In this document: positions 1 through 9,622 of the stretch, piece after piece
Layout of the letters: every line of letters starts with the position of its first letter
Position numbering within the stretch: position 1 is the stretch's first letter
From: a virus
Taxonomy: Duplodnaviria; Caudoviricetes
IMG/VR virus record: IMGVR_UViG_2595698914_000001
Location: 32,001-96,000 of that record
Reading direction: 5' to 3' (one strand)
Length of the DNA: 64,000 nt
The notes under the pieces: generated by a model
Told to the model about the DNA's origin: nothing
What the model saw: the letters and a program-made list of their open reading frames with translations, nothing else
Databases searched by the model: none
Program-made: the position numbers and the translations under genes

Positions 1-4
1 TCAT

Positions 5-847
5 ATGAAGGTGTCTTATCATTGTATGTTGTCGGCTCAACTTTCTTTTGATAATCAAGATAATCAATTTCAAGAAGTTAATACCCCTATGGTTGCACGA
101 CGTGCGACAACGCAGTATTCGGTTAACCCGAGTGATTGCGCATATGGAGAAGTCATTTTTAGTCAAGAACTAGGTTTGCTCATCAGTTTCAATAGGCCGC
201 TCACTTTTGTCGACGTATTTCCGGATACCTCGCGAGCTGTCCCTGCTGGCACCTACCAATCTTCTGACCGCATCGTTAGTACAGTTGACCTTTCAATTGG
301 CATAGTTATCGTAGATAACGTCAATCCGAATTCGCCATACTTTATTAACGTAGAGAACCGCGTATATAAGTTATTCTCCAGAACATCCGAGGATGCGGGT
401 AATTTATCCGATGGAGTCCATGTCTTAGATACCCGAACGCCAGTCGATGGTAGCCGTGAGGCTAGGTACGATTTAAATGAATGCACGTATGATGGGTCTG
501 GTAAATTTACCAGCCCATTTACGTTGTTTACTAATCCACATGATGCAAAAACAAACGGTCATCGAAATGCGTTAATTGAAGCCGAACGCCATGAAATGGA
601 AATGAAGCTGAAAGCGCAAGAGAACGACGTCTTGAATTTGAAAGCCTTGATTGCAAAAGCTAAAGAAGAAGCTGCTTTACGTAAAGAAGCTTTAGATGCA
701 GTGAGTGACCACCGTAAGGACTACTATGAAGGTAGGTCTTATACTAGAAAGGATACCAGCGAAGGTATCTCAATGCCAGCCAAAATTATTGGAGGGATTG
801 GTGCTATAGCAGCCGCTATCTTTGGGGCAGTTAAATTGCTAGCATAA
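5..847 (+). CDS. Conserved jumbo-phage protein with C-terminal coiled coil and membrane anchor (probably 5'-truncated by the window edge)
   Basis: Frame is open to the window start. Charged heptad region followed by hydrophobic C-terminal tail IIGGIGAIAAAIFGAVKLLA. Sits directly upstream of the nvRNAP subunit gene. Confidence 0.6.
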   Translation: MKVSYHCMLSAQLSFDNQDNQFQEVNTPMVARRATTQYSVNPSDCAYGEVIFSQELGLLISFNRPLTFVDVFPDTSRAVPAGTYQSSDRIVSTVDLSIGIVIVDNVNPNSPYFINVENRVYKLFSRTSEDAGNLSDGVHVLDTRTPVDGSREARYDLNECTYDGSGKFTSPFTLFTNPHDAKTNGHRNALIEAERHEMEMKLKAQENDVLNLKALIAKAKEEAALRKEALDAVSDHRKDYYEGRSYTRKDTSEGISMPAKIIGGIGAIAAAIFGAVKLLA

Positions 848-908
848 CAATCAACGTACAGTATCTGTAATCGTTTTTTCTTTGTGCTAGTAAAAGGATA
901 AAAATAAG

Positions 909-2540
909 ATGAATCTATTCAGTTTAAGTAAGAAGAGTAATGCTCCAAGGTTCAATAAGTTGATAACGGATAATTTTGCATACCATCAACTTAAAGACCC
1001 TATCGGAGTATTGAGTGCTCAGTTAAATCAAATCAAATCAAGCTTTGGAGACCATTTAGTTCTAAAGCAGATTCGTATGGCTGAACCTAGAGAGGAGATA
1101 CGCGAGAGTTTTATTACGCGTACTATGGGTGGTGGTCCTAGGCTTAAAGTAGACGATTCAAATCTATATATGGTAGCAATTGAATTCGAATACTTTGGTA
1201 AGCCTATAAGACCCGCGTATGTACGTTTACCGTATATACTTAGGGGAGGGAAATTAATAATGGATGGTAGGACATCATTCGTTACGCCAGTAATGGTCGA
1301 TAGAGGTGTTAACTTAAATAAAGACGGTATGTTCGTACCGTTAAACAGAGCTAAGCACATCTTCCTACGTTCCACATATCCTTTATTAGAAAACGATTTC
1401 CTCATTAATGACAATGTTCTTATCTCTGAATTACATACAGGTAAGAAGTTAACACGTGATAAAGGCGTAGGTAGAATACCTATTAAACCTACAATCTTCG
1501 TGTACTTAATGTTGAAACATGGATTCACTAATGCAGTTAAACAGTTCTTTGGTTTAGATGTTGAAGTGTATCAGGGTAGCAAAGAACAAGCGTTTGCAAA
1601 GTACCCACGTGATAAGTATGTAATATACAGTAGCGCTGGAGAGAAACCTCGTTTACTTAATCGTGAGCGTTGGTCTGAACCAGAACTACATATTATCTTT
1701 AAAGGTGAACCAGGCGACCATAGACTATCAGAAATAGCAGTTAATTTCTTTTACATCTACGATAGCTTCACTACCTTCTTAGATAAGGATACAATTGAAA
1801 GTACCGACGTGTGGAAGTATATAGCAGGTCACATTATATTCAATTATCCAGAAAGTAATGCTAAGTTAGCAGAGCGAATTGATAACCATCTAGAACGTTC
1901 AATTAATTTACTCATTGATAATAGTACTCGCAAGGAACTTTATATTGATGGTATTGATGTTGACGATAGTTATGAGTTATTCGCATGGTTAATTAAGAAC
2001 GAGAAAGCTACGTTTATTAATAAGAACCCAGCTAGTCTGGAAAATAAACGCTTAGTTAGTACACGTTACACAATGGCCCCAATTAACAAAGCAGTTACTT
2101 TATTAAGTTATGCATTAGAAAACTGTAAGGATAATCCACCAACCCACGATAAGATGGAAAAGATTATTCGAGACAAGTTACGTGAAGGCTTAATACGTGA
2201 TATACGTAAGAACAACGGTGAGATAAACTCACTACAATGCCCAACCGATAACATATGGTTAAACATTAGTCGTAACGTAGTTCCTCAATCTAAAGCAGTA
2301 CGAGGTAGCGGACGCGATGCTATGTTAATGTATAAACCAGAAAACTTACTTCACCCATCTCTGTTAGTTTACGCACAAGTTGATGGTATGCCTAAGTCTG
2401 ACCCAACACGTAAGAGTTTCATTAACCCTTATCTAAATGTTGACTCGTCAGGTAACTTATCGCATTCACCTAAGTACGACCCAATGCTAAAACAACTTTC
2501 AGAAATGATTAAATACGATTACGGATTTAAAGAGGAATAA
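909..2540 (+). CDS. Non-virion RNA polymerase beta-like subunit, N-terminal part (phiKZ gp123-like)
   Basis: 543 aa. Beta-type motif YVRLPYILRGGKLIMDG and C-terminal LHPSLLVY...INPYL. SD AAAGGA upstream. phiKZ-like context. Confidence 0.8.
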   Translation: MNLFSLSKKSNAPRFNKLITDNFAYHQLKDPIGVLSAQLNQIKSSFGDHLVLKQIRMAEPREEIRESFITRTMGGGPRLKVDDSNLYMVAIEFEYFGKPIRPAYVRLPYILRGGKLIMDGRTSFVTPVMVDRGVNLNKDGMFVPLNRAKHIFLRSTYPLLENDFLINDNVLISELHTGKKLTRDKGVGRIPIKPTIFVYLMLKHGFTNAVKQFFGLDVEVYQGSKEQAFAKYPRDKYVIYSSAGEKPRLLNRERWSEPELHIIFKGEPGDHRLSEIAVNFFYIYDSFTTFLDKDTIESTDVWKYIAGHIIFNYPESNAKLAERIDNHLERSINLLIDNSTRKELYIDGIDVDDSYELFAWLIKNEKATFINKNPASLENKRLVSTRYTMAPINKAVTLLSYALENCKDNPPTHDKMEKIIRDKLREGLIRDIRKNNGEINSLQCPTDNIWLNISRNVVPQSKAVRGSGRDAMLMYKPENLLHPSLLVYAQVDGMPKSDPTRKSFINPYLNVDSSGNLSHSPKYDPMLKQLSEMIKYDYGFKEE

Positions 2541-2546
2541 TTCCAA

Positions 2547-5117
2547 ATGGATAAATCGCACCAGTTTGGCTTTACTAACAAAGCCCATCAAGTACCTGCA
2601 CCACAGCAACATGTACAACCTAGAGAACTTCTTCCTATGGTTAGCACGGTACTTACAGCCCAAGAACAAGTTATTCTAGCTGAAAAATTCAGAAGCTTTA
2701 TTATAGGTATGTATACACCTGCTGAATCTTACAGTAATCTAATTTTCAACATCCTGACAGAAAACAACTGTCGGACTAACACTTACGTAGAAGCCCTTAC
2801 TAATTACCTTATGTATTGTGCTTCGTTTAAAAAGAAATTCCCACAGGACTTTGCGGGTAACGTTGCAGCGCATACGCTATTAGCTAAAGTTGCTATATTC
2901 CGAGTTGATGATATTAAGAATCAATTTAAGTTCTGGATGAATTCTGGTAATCAAGAAGTTATTGGTTGGGTTCAACAAGAAAACAGTCAGATTAAAAATG
3001 ACGGTTTTGTTAATACTATAACTGAATTAACTAAAGCAGCTATTGCTAAACGTACTCAGAATACAGGTATGGGTTTTAGTACCGGTATGGGTGGTCAACC
3101 TCAGTCTGGTATGGGTATGCCTAATCAGAGTATGGGTATGGGTATGCAACAATCAACCGGTATGGGTATGCAGCAGTCGACTGGTATGGGAATGGGGATG
3201 CAACAGCAATCTTCTGGAATGCAAGCGTCTAATAGTGCAGCGGATAGTATGGGATTAAATACTCAACCTGTAATTAAACCCAATACAATGACCTCTATGT
3301 CACCAGAAGCAGTAGTACCTACACCTGCTCCAGTTCAAGAAGTTAAACCAACTACTACAATTCAGTCGGATGTTAAGGTTGAAGGTAATCGTCTTATAGG
3401 TGATACTAACAATCCTCAGTTCTCTGAATTACTTAAACGTCAGTTTGATAAAGTAGGTGGCTGGGAAGTAAATCCTACTGAAGGGTTTGATAAGAGCGAT
3501 GTACTAGACGTTAAATCATTTAGATGGAATAGTAAGTATGGTGTATTAACTCAAGAAAATAAAGTTATGCCTTGTACTTACAATCAGTTAGATGAGTACA
3601 TTGATAAAATCGAACAACACTTCGATAATCAATTAGAAAAGCTTCAAGAGTCATATCCTAAGTTAGATGTTAACGATGCATCTAGTGAAGGGTTCATGGC
3701 TTATAGTCAGTTAGTGAATAAATACACTAGAGCTAAGAACGATGAGTTATCTCAGCGTGAGTTCGGTTCTATGACTGGTTCAGATACAGTTGTAGCTATT
3801 GGTACTAAACCGTGGATGCTTAACATCTCTATCTTAGATGCAGCTATGGAAATATTCGGTGAGCGTACATTAACGTTAATCGAAGAAGATACGTACATCG
3901 TTGTGATTAATAATCGTGAGTATATCTTACTTGATTCATCTGATGCATTTACAAATACATTAGTAGCTAGTAAGCGTAGTACTTATCGTAATAATTGGTC
4001 GCGTGCAGATAACCGTTCTGTTAAAGGACATTACTATTTAATTAACCACTACTTAACAGATGTTGATGGTGGTCCAGTAATCGAAGACTTCTATATAGGA
4101 GAAGAAGGTATGAACCCAGAAAATTATCATTTAGAAGAAAACAGTCCGTCGTTTAAAACAGATGTGATTGATGAAGATGGTAACGTTGCTACTGAAGCGT
4201 TGGTAGTTAACCCTACTGATAAATTTGTAGTGCGTGACTTAGAACTATCTCTAATGCATTACACACCGATTCAAGTTGCAGAAGCGTTACGTACAGAAGC
4301 GGCTAACAAGCGTATTGGTGAATGGGGTCGTTCTATCCTTAAAGGTAGCACATCTCAGTTTAACTACCATCTTGCTACAAGTAAGAAAGACCGTCAACTA
4401 TTAACTGAATTAAATGAGTTACTTGATAAAGGTGACTTACGTACAGTTATGGACTTAGGCGATTGGTTAGTTAGTAAGCGTGAAGAAGGTGTACTTACAT
4501 TACGTACTGAACGTTTCATCGACGGTACAGTAATGAAAGAACTTAACACTGTATTCAACGATGTATTAATGTTTGAAGGTTTAATTATTGATGTGTCTTT
4601 CATTGATGAGTATGTTGAGTTAATCGAATACTTACAATCAGAAAACACACCAAACAACATCAAAGTACTATTTGCTAAGATGGAATACTTCATTCTGCGT
4701 AAAGTACTTTTACCTCAATCTATTAATCCTGTAACTGAGCAAGCCAAATCTATTATTAAACATTACAATACGGTAACTCCGTACAAAGTAACTAATAGTA
4801 AAGATGGCGGTAACATTCGTCTTGAAGAAGGTGCTGACCCACTTAAGCTAGTAGATGTTCTATTACCTTATAAAGAAACAACAGTGGTTTACGCATTACC
4901 TTCAAGTATGCAAGAACTTGGATTAAATCCACATGCAGGTACTCTATCTGTTCCGTGGACTGTTTTGAATGCTGACCTGTTAGATGAAATTAAGAAACAT
5001 TTTACAGCGGCTTACACATTGGAAACAATCGTACTAGTAACTACTGATAATTATGTGGTTCGTGTATCTGGTTCAAGTGATGAGATGTTATCTGGTACTC
5101 TTAGTATCGTAGTATAA
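2547..5117 (+). CDS. Large hypothetical protein with Met/Gly/Gln-rich low-complexity region
   Basis: 856-aa ORF starting 6 bp after the RNAP subunit gene. Contains GMGM/QQS repeats. Confidence 0.75.
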   Translation: MDKSHQFGFTNKAHQVPAPQQHVQPRELLPMVSTVLTAQEQVILAEKFRSFIIGMYTPAESYSNLIFNILTENNCRTNTYVEALTNYLMYCASFKKKFPQDFAGNVAAHTLLAKVAIFRVDDIKNQFKFWMNSGNQEVIGWVQQENSQIKNDGFVNTITELTKAAIAKRTQNTGMGFSTGMGGQPQSGMGMPNQSMGMGMQQSTGMGMQQSTGMGMGMQQQSSGMQASNSAADSMGLNTQPVIKPNTMTSMSPEAVVPTPAPVQEVKPTTTIQSDVKVEGNRLIGDTNNPQFSELLKRQFDKVGGWEVNPTEGFDKSDVLDVKSFRWNSKYGVLTQENKVMPCTYNQLDEYIDKIEQHFDNQLEKLQESYPKLDVNDASSEGFMAYSQLVNKYTRAKNDELSQREFGSMTGSDTVVAIGTKPWMLNISILDAAMEIFGERTLTLIEEDTYIVVINNREYILLDSSDAFTNTLVASKRSTYRNNWSRADNRSVKGHYYLINHYLTDVDGGPVIEDFYIGEEGMNPENYHLEENSPSFKTDVIDEDGNVATEALVVNPTDKFVVRDLELSLMHYTPIQVAEALRTEAANKRIGEWGRSILKGSTSQFNYHLATSKKDRQLLTELNELLDKGDLRTVMDLGDWLVSKREEGVLTLRTERFIDGTVMKELNTVFNDVLMFEGLIIDVSFIDEYVELIEYLQSENTPNNIKVLFAKMEYFILRKVLLPQSINPVTEQAKSIIKHYNTVTPYKVTNSKDGGNIRLEEGADPLKLVDVLLPYKETTVVYALPSSMQELGLNPHAGTLSVPWTVLNADLLDEIKKHFTAAYTLETIVLVTTDNYVVRVSGSSDEMLSGTLSIVV
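3064..3225 (+). repeat. Degenerate coding repeat (GGTATGGGTATG-type) encoding TGMGM(QQS) units
   Basis: Repeated ggtatgggt motifs visible in the DNA and in the protein. Confidence 0.8.
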
Positions 5118-5128
5118 TATCAAATAAT

Positions 5129-5155
5129 TATAGCCTAGGGATTACCTAGGCTATA
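5129..5155 (+). terminator. Hairpin, probable terminator
   Basis: tatagcctagg-gatta-cctaggctata just after the stop codon; weak U-tract. Confidence 0.6.
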
Positions 5156-5200
5156 TATCTAAGTGTACTTCCATAAGTATCTTTAGATATATTAATTTAC

Positions 5201-5211
5201 ATGTAGAGCAA
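5201..5211 (+). promoter_or_regulatory. Shared upstream motif ATGTAGAGCAA, copy 1
   Basis: Identical 11-mer at 32774-32784 upstream of the UvsX gene. Both copies are intergenic, about 30-40 bp before an ATG. Confidence 0.4.
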
Positions 5212-5252
5212 GTATCTATGTATTATTTTATTTTAGTCAAAGGAAACGTATA

Positions 5253-5900
5253 ATGTCTGTACAAACAGCAAGTGAAGTAAGAGCTTTAGATAAGACTGCT
5301 AAAGCCATCAAGAAGAATGTAACAAAAACAAAGATTAATACTAACCAAGTTATTAACTGGGCACTTCTAACGGCTGAATTTCAAACAGCTTATAAGGTTG
5401 CTCCTAGTCTGCGTAAAGTTCTACCTGATAATTTAATATTTAAAATGGAAGAACGTGTACGTGAATTAGAAACTCTTCAACAGCAAGAACTTCTAATGGC
5501 TTTCAATATCGCAACAACTAAAAATCAATTAGCGACGACACCCATCTATCCTATCGCTGAGCCAGATGTAATGTTTGAGTATTACATGATGTCGGTTGCA
5601 GACTACGGTCAAGATGACTTTGGTATGGGTATGCGTGATGTTGGCTTAGTTAGACATCAGTCAGATGTACTATTTACAGCCAATGCGCCTGTATTTAAAA
5701 TAGCTCAGTTCTTTTCAGCCCCAGGTTATGTTGAAATGTTGGCCGATGAATCTATTACTGATGAGAAGTTAACAGCAATTCATTTAACATTGATGCAGTT
5801 GTTCTGTGTTAAATCTAGCGAATATAATGACTTACTATCTAGTGGTTTATTAGACCAAGATACAGTAGTTACATTACAGTTAGATGACGTTATCATTTAA
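5253..5900 (+). CDS. Hypothetical protein
   Basis: 215-aa ORF with SD AAGGAAA, followed by a hairpin. Confidence 0.75.
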   Translation: MSVQTASEVRALDKTAKAIKKNVTKTKINTNQVINWALLTAEFQTAYKVAPSLRKVLPDNLIFKMEERVRELETLQQQELLMAFNIATTKNQLATTPIYPIAEPDVMFEYYMMSVADYGQDDFGMGMRDVGLVRHQSDVLFTANAPVFKIAQFFSAPGYVEMLADESITDEKLTAIHLTLMQLFCVKSSEYNDLLSSGLLDQDTVVTLQLDDVII

Positions 5901-5915
5901 AGTTAACTATATTAC

Positions 5916-5942
5916 AGGAGAGACATTAGTCTCTCCTTATTT
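5916..5942 (+). terminator. Intrinsic terminator-like hairpin
   Basis: aggagagac-atta-gtctctcct followed by tattt. Confidence 0.6.
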
Positions 5943-5971
5943 ACATATTAAATTTATAAAGGGTAAATCCG

Positions 5972-6505
5972 ATGATTGATTTCATAACTATAGAAGATAA
6001 CAAATTAGTGTATCTTGATGAAGTAAATGGGATTAGTGAGCGAGTTACTGACCTCAGAGGTAAGGAAGTTACTTTAGATGGTTGTGAGGCGGTACTTGGT
6101 CTAATAAGTATAGTTCATGACTTAAATGAAATAATAGCCACATCTACAGGGGACATGGTAAGTATATTAGATAATAACTTCATGTCTATTGGAAGTGTAG
6201 ACTTAACCATATACGTAGTTGTAGTTACTGATGAAGGTAAGTATCGATTATGTAGAATAATTCATAATAGTAAAGATGGGTGGTCTGGTACATGGATTAA
6301 TATAGTAAGTTCTAATGTTGAGATAACGTCAATGTTACGTAAAATGTACGACTGCGATATTATATCTCTTTTAAAACTACGCAGTGTGTTAAATGGCGAT
6401 AAGAGTAATAACATTAAGACTATAGACTTACCTACTTTAGAAAGAGACTATATACCCTTAGGTTCTATTGCTAAAGAGGAAGTTAAATTGGAGTTTAAAC
6501 TATGA
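5972..6505 (+). CDS. Hypothetical protein, possible divergent paralogue of the downstream Ntn-fold protein
   Basis: 177 aa. Similar pattern (IYVVVVTDEGKY...HNSKDGW versus TIVLVTDTDTTY...HDSKEGW). ATGA overlap with the next gene. Confidence 0.55.
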   Translation: MIDFITIEDNKLVYLDEVNGISERVTDLRGKEVTLDGCEAVLGLISIVHDLNEIIATSTGDMVSILDNNFMSIGSVDLTIYVVVVTDEGKYRLCRIIHNSKDGWSGTWINIVSSNVEITSMLRKMYDCDIISLLKLRSVLNGDKSNNIKTIDLPTLERDYIPLGSIAKEEVKLEFKL

Positions 6506-7113
6506 CTATAATTGTTAGAGATGATGATGGTTTATTCTACTCAGATACTAAGGTTACGTTAGATGACCTAAACCCAACATACCATATCAAGTATATTACT
6601 ATGAATGGATATGTTTCTGTAGTTAATCCTGAAGATAAAGATACCAAGTTAAAAATACCTGTCTCTGGTTTCTTTTGTGCTGGATATCTAACTCATGAGT
6701 TTAGAACTCTAATTAATGGTATAGGTGGAGATGTTGGTAATTACTTAGCTGATAACTTAGACGATAGAGTTAATGATATTAAAGTAACTATCGTGTTGGT
6801 AACTGATACGGATACTACGTATACATTACATCATGATTCTAAAGAAGGCTGGCTCATATCTACATATGATAAAGGTTCTGTCTTAGCGTGGGGAGACCCT
6901 AACTTATTCTACACGTTAAATGAAACTTTGACAGATTTAAGTATCCAAGAAGTATTGTTACTAATGTTTAAATTAGAGTTAGTAGATTCTGTAGGTGGTG
7001 ATTTAATCTTAGTAGACCCTAAGAATCCTAAACCTGCGGTAATAAATATCAAAGAATCAGAGAAGAAAGAATTGTATAGTAAATTTGATAAAGCTATGCG
7101 TTCTCTACTTTAA
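6502..7113 (+). CDS. Putative Ntn-hydrolase / proteasome-beta (HslV-like) fold protein
   Basis: N-terminus M-T-I-I-V...YSDTKVT resembles the Thr1 ...AADxxxT motif. C-terminal DSVGGDL resembles the D..(S/T)GG motif. Confidence 0.45.
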   Translation: MTIIVRDDDGLFYSDTKVTLDDLNPTYHIKYITMNGYVSVVNPEDKDTKLKIPVSGFFCAGYLTHEFRTLINGIGGDVGNYLADNLDDRVNDIKVTIVLVTDTDTTYTLHHDSKEGWLISTYDKGSVLAWGDPNLFYTLNETLTDLSIQEVLLLMFKLELVDSVGGDLILVDPKNPKPAVINIKESEKKELYSKFDKAMRSLL

Positions 7114-7146
7114 AAGTTTTTAATGGGTCGTTGGTGCGACTTAAAA

Positions 7147-7179
7147 GAGTAGGGTGTGAACCCTACTTCTTTTTTTTTT
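7147..7179. terminator. Terminator between convergent genes
   Basis: agtagggt-gtga-accctact with a long T run on the + strand and an A run on the left. Confidence 0.75.
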
Positions 7180-7185
7180 ACTTTT

Positions 7186-9609
7186 TTAAGGTATTTCTAT
7201 TGTTGGTAAGCCAGGGTCTTCTTCTTCAGATTCATCATCTTCAGTTTCAGGCTCCGGAACACTATCGTCTTCTGGTTCAACTACAGAAGGTTCTTCAACT
7301 TCAGGTTCTTCGTTAGGTAAGTCATCACCTTCTATTTCATCATTTAGAGCATTAGCTTCTTCTTCAAGCTTACGCGTTATTTCATCTTCGGCGTCCGTTA
7401 TTTCTTTATCTAGGACTTTATCACGAACAATAACTTCTTCTGCGTGTTCTGCAAAGACTTCCATCATTATTCCTTTAATGTCACCTTCACCACCCACAAT
7501 CTGTTTAAGTCCATCAGAAGTTCTAATCTTATCAACGATATGTTTAAAGCTACTATTACGACGGATATAATCTGACATAAAGTAACTAGTAATCATCTCA
7601 CGAACACCTTCCATATATTCACGTGAAGCATTCTCAACACCCTCAAACATACTATCAGGAACAATTGTATCTACTATAGTTTGGATAACTTTAATGTTAT
7701 CTTCTATAATTTCAGACTTCTCTGTAATTGAAGAGTTGCTTGGCTGAGGTAATGTTACATTAAGATTAGCAAGTACCGTTTCTACACGTTCCCATTTATC
7801 TTCACTGTTACCATCTAAAGAATCAACTAATGTGTTAAGTAAAGCCGGTGTATTCAGCGTTTCCTTAATAACACGGTCACTTAACTTCTCACTTGCCATA
7901 GTAGTATAACGGGTTGTCTGTCTAGCAGTAATGTCATTGTCCTGATTAACTTGTGAACTAAAGTTAGGAGAGAATGAACGGTCTACTAGTTCTGGACTAA
8001 AACCTACACGCATTGTAATTAACTTAGTTAACATTTCTAAGAAGTCTGTGTCTACTGGAGACTTATCGTACTTCTTATCATTAACTTCGATATTCATGTT
8101 AGGTAAGTCACCGTTGTCTAAGTTGTTTAACTTAAACTCAACACCGTGTTTCATGATATTCTTAATTACATCTGATGGACCATTAAAGTTAAAGTCAAAA
8201 CTATTAACACGAGAGAGTATTAATTCATTTACTACCATCTCTAATGTTTTATTCTGATCTATATCTTCTGAGTCGAAGTCAACAATAACTTCTTTATGTG
8301 GCGTAGCGTTAGATAAGTTACCTATGAAGTTAGCGTAAAACATAACGGTGTATATTTTAGATAACGCTTTAGTTCTAGATATTAAACTTTCACCTACACC
8401 CTGAGAGTTAGTATCGAAGCAGAAGTAATTAACTAAATGCTCAGGCATAAATAGTAATCGTGTTTTCTGATTCTTAAGGTAACGATGGAACATGATTGTC
8501 TTTATAAGTTCATCATCTTCTAGAGAATACTTCTCAGCATACTCACCACTGATTAGATTTTCCATCACATCTGTTTCAAGATATTTATTAAATTCTTCTT
8601 GAAGTTGAGGTAATGTATTAGCTGAACCGCCAGTAGGTAAGTTATTGGCTAATTTCTTCAATTGATCTTTACTAGTATTATCACCACTTAACTTAGCTAA
8701 ATCTTTATTGAAATCTATATCTTCATCAATCTCAATTGGATAACCATCTTCATCTAAGGCAAATATATAACCATATGGGTTATTAGGTTCACCTTTAAAT
8801 ACTATAGGTTTAACCGCTTCACTTGGAATATTTTTACGGATAGCAGCAGTTATTTCATCTTTACCCTTACCACGCGATAATTTAACAGACGGAGATTCTT
8901 TGAACACACGACGTTTACGTAATACACGAGCAGCATTAAGACCGGCTTTCTTACCGGCTGCTGATTCGTTACCTGCTTCGGCTGCTTTAAAGTTAGCTAA
9001 GTATCGGCGTGTTTCAGATAATAATAGTACACTGGGGTCTTTAATTACAGACACAGGTTTATTAGATTTAGCTGCGTCTGTATTCCCGTCAGTTAACTTT
9101 TTCATCTCAGCTTCAAGAGCTGCACTTTCGTAAATCTGAGTTATCTGTGAATCTGGTATAAATGCTGTTACATACGCGCCGTCTGTGGCTAAAGTATTAT
9201 ACACCATGGTATTTACTTCATTCTGTAACTTAACTGTATTAGTGAAGTAATCATCTAATAGAGCAGCTATAGTAGTAGCGTCTTTATTGTACTTATCATC
9301 CATGGATTTAACTGATGCGTCGTAATGTAGTGTAACAACACTACCACCATTTGGACAAACAATGAAGCCCGTAAGTATCTCAATAGCGCGAGACATCGTA
9401 GGATTAGATTCTAATATTACTTTATTACTAACCTTTTCTGATACGCGAGATTGGATGTGTGGAGATACAGCTCCAAAACTTATGTTTTTACCGCTTTTGC
9501 TGAGGGACTTCTCTACAGAACGATTACCCTCGGCAACCATTCTAGAAGCTACGGAGTCGATGCGTTGACTTACACTAGCTTCTGTTATAACAATATCTTT
9601 CTTAGCCAT
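7186..9609 (-). CDS. Portal protein (phiKZ gp129-like)
   Basis: About 807 aa from the likely start MAKKDIV. Motifs GYIFALDEDGYPI, LVNYFCFDTNSQGVGESL and GFSPELVD. Acidic C-terminal tail. Divergent from a gp128-like gene as in phiKZ. Confidence 0.8.
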   Translation of the reverse strand: MAKKDIVITEASVSQRIDSVASRMVAEGNRSVEKSLSKSGKNISFGAVSPHIQSRVSEKVSNKVILESNPTMSRAIEILTGFIVCPNGGSVVTLHYDASVKSMDDKYNKDATTIAALLDDYFTNTVKLQNEVNTMVYNTLATDGAYVTAFIPDSQITQIYESAALEAEMKKLTDGNTDAAKSNKPVSVIKDPSVLLLSETRRYLANFKAAEAGNESAAGKKAGLNAARVLRKRRVFKESPSVKLSRGKGKDEITAAIRKNIPSEAVKPIVFKGEPNNPYGYIFALDEDGYPIEIDEDIDFNKDLAKLSGDNTSKDQLKKLANNLPTGGSANTLPQLQEEFNKYLETDVMENLISGEYAEKYSLEDDELIKTIMFHRYLKNQKTRLLFMPEHLVNYFCFDTNSQGVGESLISRTKALSKIYTVMFYANFIGNLSNATPHKEVIVDFDSEDIDQNKTLEMVVNELILSRVNSFDFNFNGPSDVIKNIMKHGVEFKLNNLDNGDLPNMNIEVNDKKYDKSPVDTDFLEMLTKLITMRVGFSPELVDRSFSPNFSSQVNQDNDITARQTTRYTTMASEKLSDRVIKETLNTPALLNTLVDSLDGNSEDKWERVETVLANLNVTLPQPSNSSITEKSEIIEDNIKVIQTIVDTIVPDSMFEGVENASREYMEGVREMITSYFMSDYIRRNSSFKHIVDKIRTSDGLKQIVGGEGDIKGIMMEVFAEHAEEVIVRDKVLDKEITDAEDEITRKLEEEANALNDEIEGDDLPNEEPEVEEPSVVEPEDDSVPEPETEDDESEEEDPGLPTIEIP

Positions 9610-9622
9610 GAGGCAGGCTCCT

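Noticed and set aside
7131-7316. 61-aa + strand ORF with a poly-Phe stretch
   Set aside because: It runs through a terminator T-tract and antisense to the portal 3' end.
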